Positions 60,880-64,000 of a DNA stretch of 64,000 bases are shown here, one piece after another. The stretch's first letter is position 1. Each line of letters starts with the position of its first letter. The stretch covers positions 800,001 to 864,000 of the forward strand of contig CAWBMP010000004.1 in the NCBI GenBank assembly GCA_963790025.1, read 5' to 3'. Under the pieces are notes generated by a model. That model was not told the origin of the DNA, searched no databases, and saw nothing but the letters and a program-made list of their open reading frames with translations. This DNA comes from Nitrospirota bacterium (lineage in GTDB: Bacteria; Nitrospirota; Thermodesulfovibrionia; Thermodesulfovibrionales; Dissulfurispiraceae). The position numbers and the translations under genes are program-made.

Positions 60880-60901
60880 TGCGCAGCCTCCGTTTCAGTA
60901 G

Positions 60902-62155
60902 TTAATGTATCTCGCTCTTGTGCCCCCGGAACACTTTCTCTCCTATCATGAATGTCGTCACGCAAATCCCAAGACCTGCCACAACCACCGAGATTTCATG
61001 AAAGGTAGGGGTGTACGTCAGCAACGACGGATATTCCCTGACACCCAGATCGTAAGCCATAGGCACAACCTGCCCGAGTACCACGAGATCGTATCTCATG
61101 AAGAAGATCGATACCAGCATCATTGCCGAAGCCAGGAAACCCAGGCCGACGCTTCTGCATTTGGAGAAGAGAAAGAGCACGAAGGGTATTACCAATCCTA
61201 TCAATATCTCCACGACCCAAAAATTGAAGGCAAAAGGTCCGGTCATCATGGCCTTGAGGGCGATCACCTTGTCGGGTCTGCCGGTGAGGCCTGTAATGAT
61301 ATTCCATCCAGTAAGGAAAAGTACTATTACAATCATAAGCATACAGAGCTTCGATACGGCTTCGAGGGCCCGGAGCATGGGCCTGTCCATCTTCTCGTCA
61401 GTGATCTTGTACGCCAGCCAAGTGAAAAAAATTATTGCCGCACACCCCGATACAATGGCCAGCGCTATAAAATAAACCGGCACATAAGGCCCATACCATA
61501 ATCCACGGCCGTTCAGCATGCCAAAGATGGCGCCCAGGTTGCTTTGCGCTGCAACACCGGCGATCAACCCGAGGAGACCGAAATACGTTGCAAATTTGTG
61601 GTTTTCCACCAAAATAAAAGTAAACTCCACTATCATAAAAAACATATACACGCCGTAAAGGGTGCCCATCCACCAGATGTTGGAGGTCAATCCGGGTGAA
61701 ATCACATTATAAAGGGCCATCCTGAAAGGGTTCTCTATATCAAAAAAAATGATGGTAAACCCCGGGATGATAGTTGCGATAGAGAGGAATACCGAGCGCT
61801 TCGCGATCGGCATAAAATCTTTCACCCCGAAAACATGCCCGATGGCTGAAACTATGCAAAGACCGGTCGTTGTCGCCACAAAGAAGATGTATGTGGAGAT
61901 CAATAAACCCCACGGTATTTCCCTGGTTACTCCATACGCGTGCCGGTACCCCATGCGGAACGCATCAAAAGCCCCAAGAGTTCCGGCGTAAACAATAGCG
62001 ATGCCCAGACCCAACAGTATGTAAAAGGATTTGCTGCCTGATAAAAACCCGATCAAAGTGGAGGACCACTCCACCAAAAACGAGGATTTTAAAGATTTTG
62101 TCAGGCCACTAACTATCTCCGAAGTCTTTATATCCGGTTTTGACTCATTCTCCAT
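60902..62155 (-). CDS. NrfD/PsrC-family membrane quinol-interacting subunit
   Basis: PWGLLISTYIFFV, DIENPFR, S..WW, RYDLVV; many TM helices. Confidence 0.9.
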   Translation of the reverse strand: MENESKPDIKTSEIVSGLTKSLKSSFLVEWSSTLIGFLSGSKSFYILLGLGIAIVYAGTLGAFDAFRMGYRHAYGVTREIPWGLLISTYIFFVATTTGLCIVSAIGHVFGVKDFMPIAKRSVFLSIATIIPGFTIIFFDIENPFRMALYNVISPGLTSNIWWMGTLYGVYMFFMIVEFTFILVENHKFATYFGLLGLIAGVAAQSNLGAIFGMLNGRGLWYGPYVPVYFIALAIVSGCAAIIFFTWLAYKITDEKMDRPMLRALEAVSKLCMLMIVIVLFLTGWNIITGLTGRPDKVIALKAMMTGPFAFNFWVVEILIGLVIPFVLFLFSKCRSVGLGFLASAMMLVSIFFMRYDLVVLGQVVPMAYDLGVREYPSLLTYTPTFHEISVVVAGLGICVTTFMIGEKVFRGHKSEIH

Positions 62156-62178
62156 TATCCCTCCTTGATCTCAAACCA

Positions 62179-62532
62179 TTATCCTTTTTTGCCCTGGATG
62201 ATTATTTCCTTGTTCACTTCTTTATAGGGTGAACTGTCCGAAATGATGATATCGCCATATTTGCTCTGAAAGGACAACAGTTGATCAAGGCTGTTGATCT
62301 CGATAACCCATTGTTTTACCTTAGTCTTCTTATCGCATACAATCATCCCGTTTTCTTCCCGGTGATTTTCGCCTTCGGCTATCCAGTCCTTATACCAGAT
62401 CTTTCCTTTCGCTTCTTCAAGCGTTTTGACATCTCTGTAATCCAGGGGGACCAACTCATACTCCTTAGCCTCATCACAGGGACTTCTACTTTCTCTCAGA
62501 GATATCCTCTTCCCGCTTACAACAAAGAGCAT
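62179..62532 (-). CDS. hypothetical protein
   Basis: AGGAGG RBS; soluble 117 aa. Confidence 0.7.
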   Translation of the reverse strand: MLFVVSGKRISLRESRSPCDEAKEYELVPLDYRDVKTLEEAKGKIWYKDWIAEGENHREENGMIVCDKKTKVKQWVIEINSLDQLLSFQSKYGDIIISDSSPYKEVNKEIIIQGKKG

Positions 62533-62553
62533 TATTTTTATCCTCCTGCTTTT

Positions 62554-62919
62554 TTAGGCATTTTTTTCCGAAGTCTCTGTCACCGTAACCTTGCCGGTCT
62601 TGACCGCATCTGCTATAAAACCTACTGTCCAGCCCAGCACTCCGGACCCGACAATAAAAACAACCGCCGACATAAGCAGCCCCAGTATCATGGAAAAGGC
62701 AACAATCAGTCTCGGCATTATCGCCCCGGCTGATACGGCCCCGAACAGTATCTCCCCGATCTTCAATCCGCCCATGCCCCCGATAAATATTCCAGGAAGC
62801 AGCCCCACCAGGACAAACAGTATCAGTCCCATTCCCGTTCCTATATACAATCCCTTTTTTGCCATCTCGTTCTCGCTTCCGTGCCTGCTGTTGGTTGACA
62901 TTTTATTTTCCTCCTTCAT
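62554..62919 (-). CDS. Gly-rich membrane protein, paralog 2
   Basis: MAKKGLYIGTG..GLLPG.FIGG..PRLIV. Confidence 0.8.
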   Translation of the reverse strand: MKEENKMSTNSRHGSENEMAKKGLYIGTGMGLILFVLVGLLPGIFIGGMGGLKIGEILFGAVSAGAIMPRLIVAFSMILGLLMSAVVFIVGSGVLGWTVGFIADAVKTGKVTVTETSEKNA

Positions 62920-62933
62920 TGTGTTGTATTTTA

Positions 62934-63260
62934 TTATTCGCTTTTAATTGTATGTTCCACGACAACGGTCCTGCCTTCCCTAACAACATCAACAGCATGA
63001 CCTACGAGCCAGCCGATCAATGCACTGCCCACAACAAATACCACCCCGGCCAGCATCACTCCCATTACCATAGATGCTCCAACTATGATCCTCGGCAGCA
63101 CCGTTGCTTCCAGTGGCAGCCCAAAAATACTGCCCGCTATGTTGATCCCGATGACGCCGCCTATAAATGACCCGGGCAGCAACCCCATAAGTGCAAATAA
63201 GACCAATCCTGCTCCTGCTCCGGTATATAATCCCTTTTTTGCCATCTCACCCTTTTTCAT
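62934..63260 (-). CDS. Gly-rich membrane protein, paralog 1
   Basis: MAKKGLYTGAG..GLLPGSFIGG..PRIIV; AGGAGG RBS. Confidence 0.8.
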   Translation of the reverse strand: MKKGEMAKKGLYTGAGAGLVLFALMGLLPGSFIGGVIGINIAGSIFGLPLEATVLPRIIVGASMVMGVMLAGVVFVVGSALIGWLVGHAVDVVREGRTVVVEHTIKSE

Positions 63261-63309
63261 CTCTTTGTACCTCCTTCTTGTACTCTTGTCTGCATCTTAC
63301 CTTTATATA

Positions 63310-63325
63310 TGCATTCCTCATGCCA
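63310..63325 (-). promoter_or_regulatory. sigma-54 promoter
   Basis: TGGCATGAGGAATGCA with correct -24/-12 spacing. Confidence 0.75.
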
Positions 63326-63367
63326 ATGATGAATGGGTTGATTTTCAAAGGGTTTAATCCATCAATC

Positions 63368-63414
63368 TTTGGCATAATTGCAAAAGGGGACGTTTCTTTT
63401 GCATAACTGCAAAA
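63368..63414. promoter_or_regulatory. tandem palindromic enhancer sites
   Basis: TTTGGCATAATTGCAAAA and TTTTGCATAACTGCAAAA, starts 29 bp apart, upstream of the sigma-54 promoter. Confidence 0.6.
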
Positions 63415-63423
63415 ATGAATCTC

Positions 63424-64000
63424 TTAATCTGTAAACTGTTGCGGGTTTTTAGACCGGTGGCATTTGCCGCACAGTTTTTTTGCAATGCCCTTGCCTATAA
63501 CCCAGGAATGCGGCTTATGGCAGTACATACAGTCCAGACCTTTCTGTAAATGCAGGGCATGCTGACCCGTAGACGCCTCCTTCTGGTGGCACTTGCTTAC
63601 GCATGTCGGGGCCGTAGCTTTGATGCCATGGGGATTGTGGCACTGGTGACAGAGAAAGTCCGACATCGGACCCTTTTCCGGAATAAGAGTGTGGCACCTG
63701 GTGCAGCGGTCCCTGGGTATCATTGAGGGTGTTTTTTCAGAAAAAGAATGGCACTTGAGACATGACAACGGCTCCCTGTTGAGACCATGCACGCCCTTGT
63801 TCTTATGGCAGTTCCAGCACGCTGTTTGATCAGGAGCGAAATTATGCAGCGCTACTGCGTGACACACCTTGCATTCCAGTTTCTGCATAAAAACATGTCT
63901 GGCATGGCCGTATGATTTCCTCATCGTCAGAGATCCCTGGTCAATATTATCCATGTGGCAATCCCTGCAAGCTTTCCACGGTTTTTCACGGCCATGCGTC
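63424..64000 (-). CDS. multiheme cytochrome c, 5' end outside window
   Basis: Frame stays open past 63954 to the edge (...KACRDCHMDN); 8 CxxCH plus one CxxxCH visible. Confidence 0.88.
   Translation of the reverse strand, partial: THGREKPWKACRDCHMDNIDQGSLTMRKSYGHARHVFMQKLECKVCHAVALHNFAPDQTACWNCHKNKGVHGLNREPLSCLKCHSFSEKTPSMIPRDRCTRCHTLIPEKGPMSDFLCHQCHNPHGIKATAPTCVSKCHQKEASTGQHALHLQKGLDCMYCHKPHSWVIGKGIAKKLCGKCHRSKNPQQFTD

Overview
Bacterial chromosomal window, about 45-50% GC by eye. Gene content (multiheme cytochromes, an NrfCD-type module, Sec-containing SelD, desulforedoxin, sigma-54 systems, rpsU-yqeY-dnaG) suggests an anaerobe of the Nitrospirota/Thermodesulfovibrionia or Desulfobacterota type; this is inference. 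Contents in order: partial PEP-synthase-like gene; pdhABC without E3, coupled to a split ADP-forming acyl-CoA synthetase interrupted by HDOD+GGDEF genes; thyX; hisCB; a binding-protein/hybrid-kinase pair; rpsU-yqeY-dnaG-tRNA(CAT) with no rpoD; selenocysteine selD overlapping a GH57 gene; rho; a histidine kinase with a periplasmic CxxCH plus a sigma-54 regulator; ferritins; an ABC efflux operon; an oxidative-stress remnant region; gdh; greB; a liv-type transporter/LarA/glycerate kinase operon; an intact IS1202-type element with a 17-bp target duplication; an atypical kinase plus USP; a second binding-protein/hybrid-kinase pair; and a cytochrome c/NrfCD cluster with a sigma-54 promoter. Non-coding signals of note: five intergenic hairpins built from 6-, 7- or 9-mer periodic repeats, a three-copy GTAG-ended REP/MITE-like family (one copy abuts the IS insertion site), several apparently leaderless promoters, and an attenuator-like leader. 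All calls come from reading motifs by eye; no searches were run.
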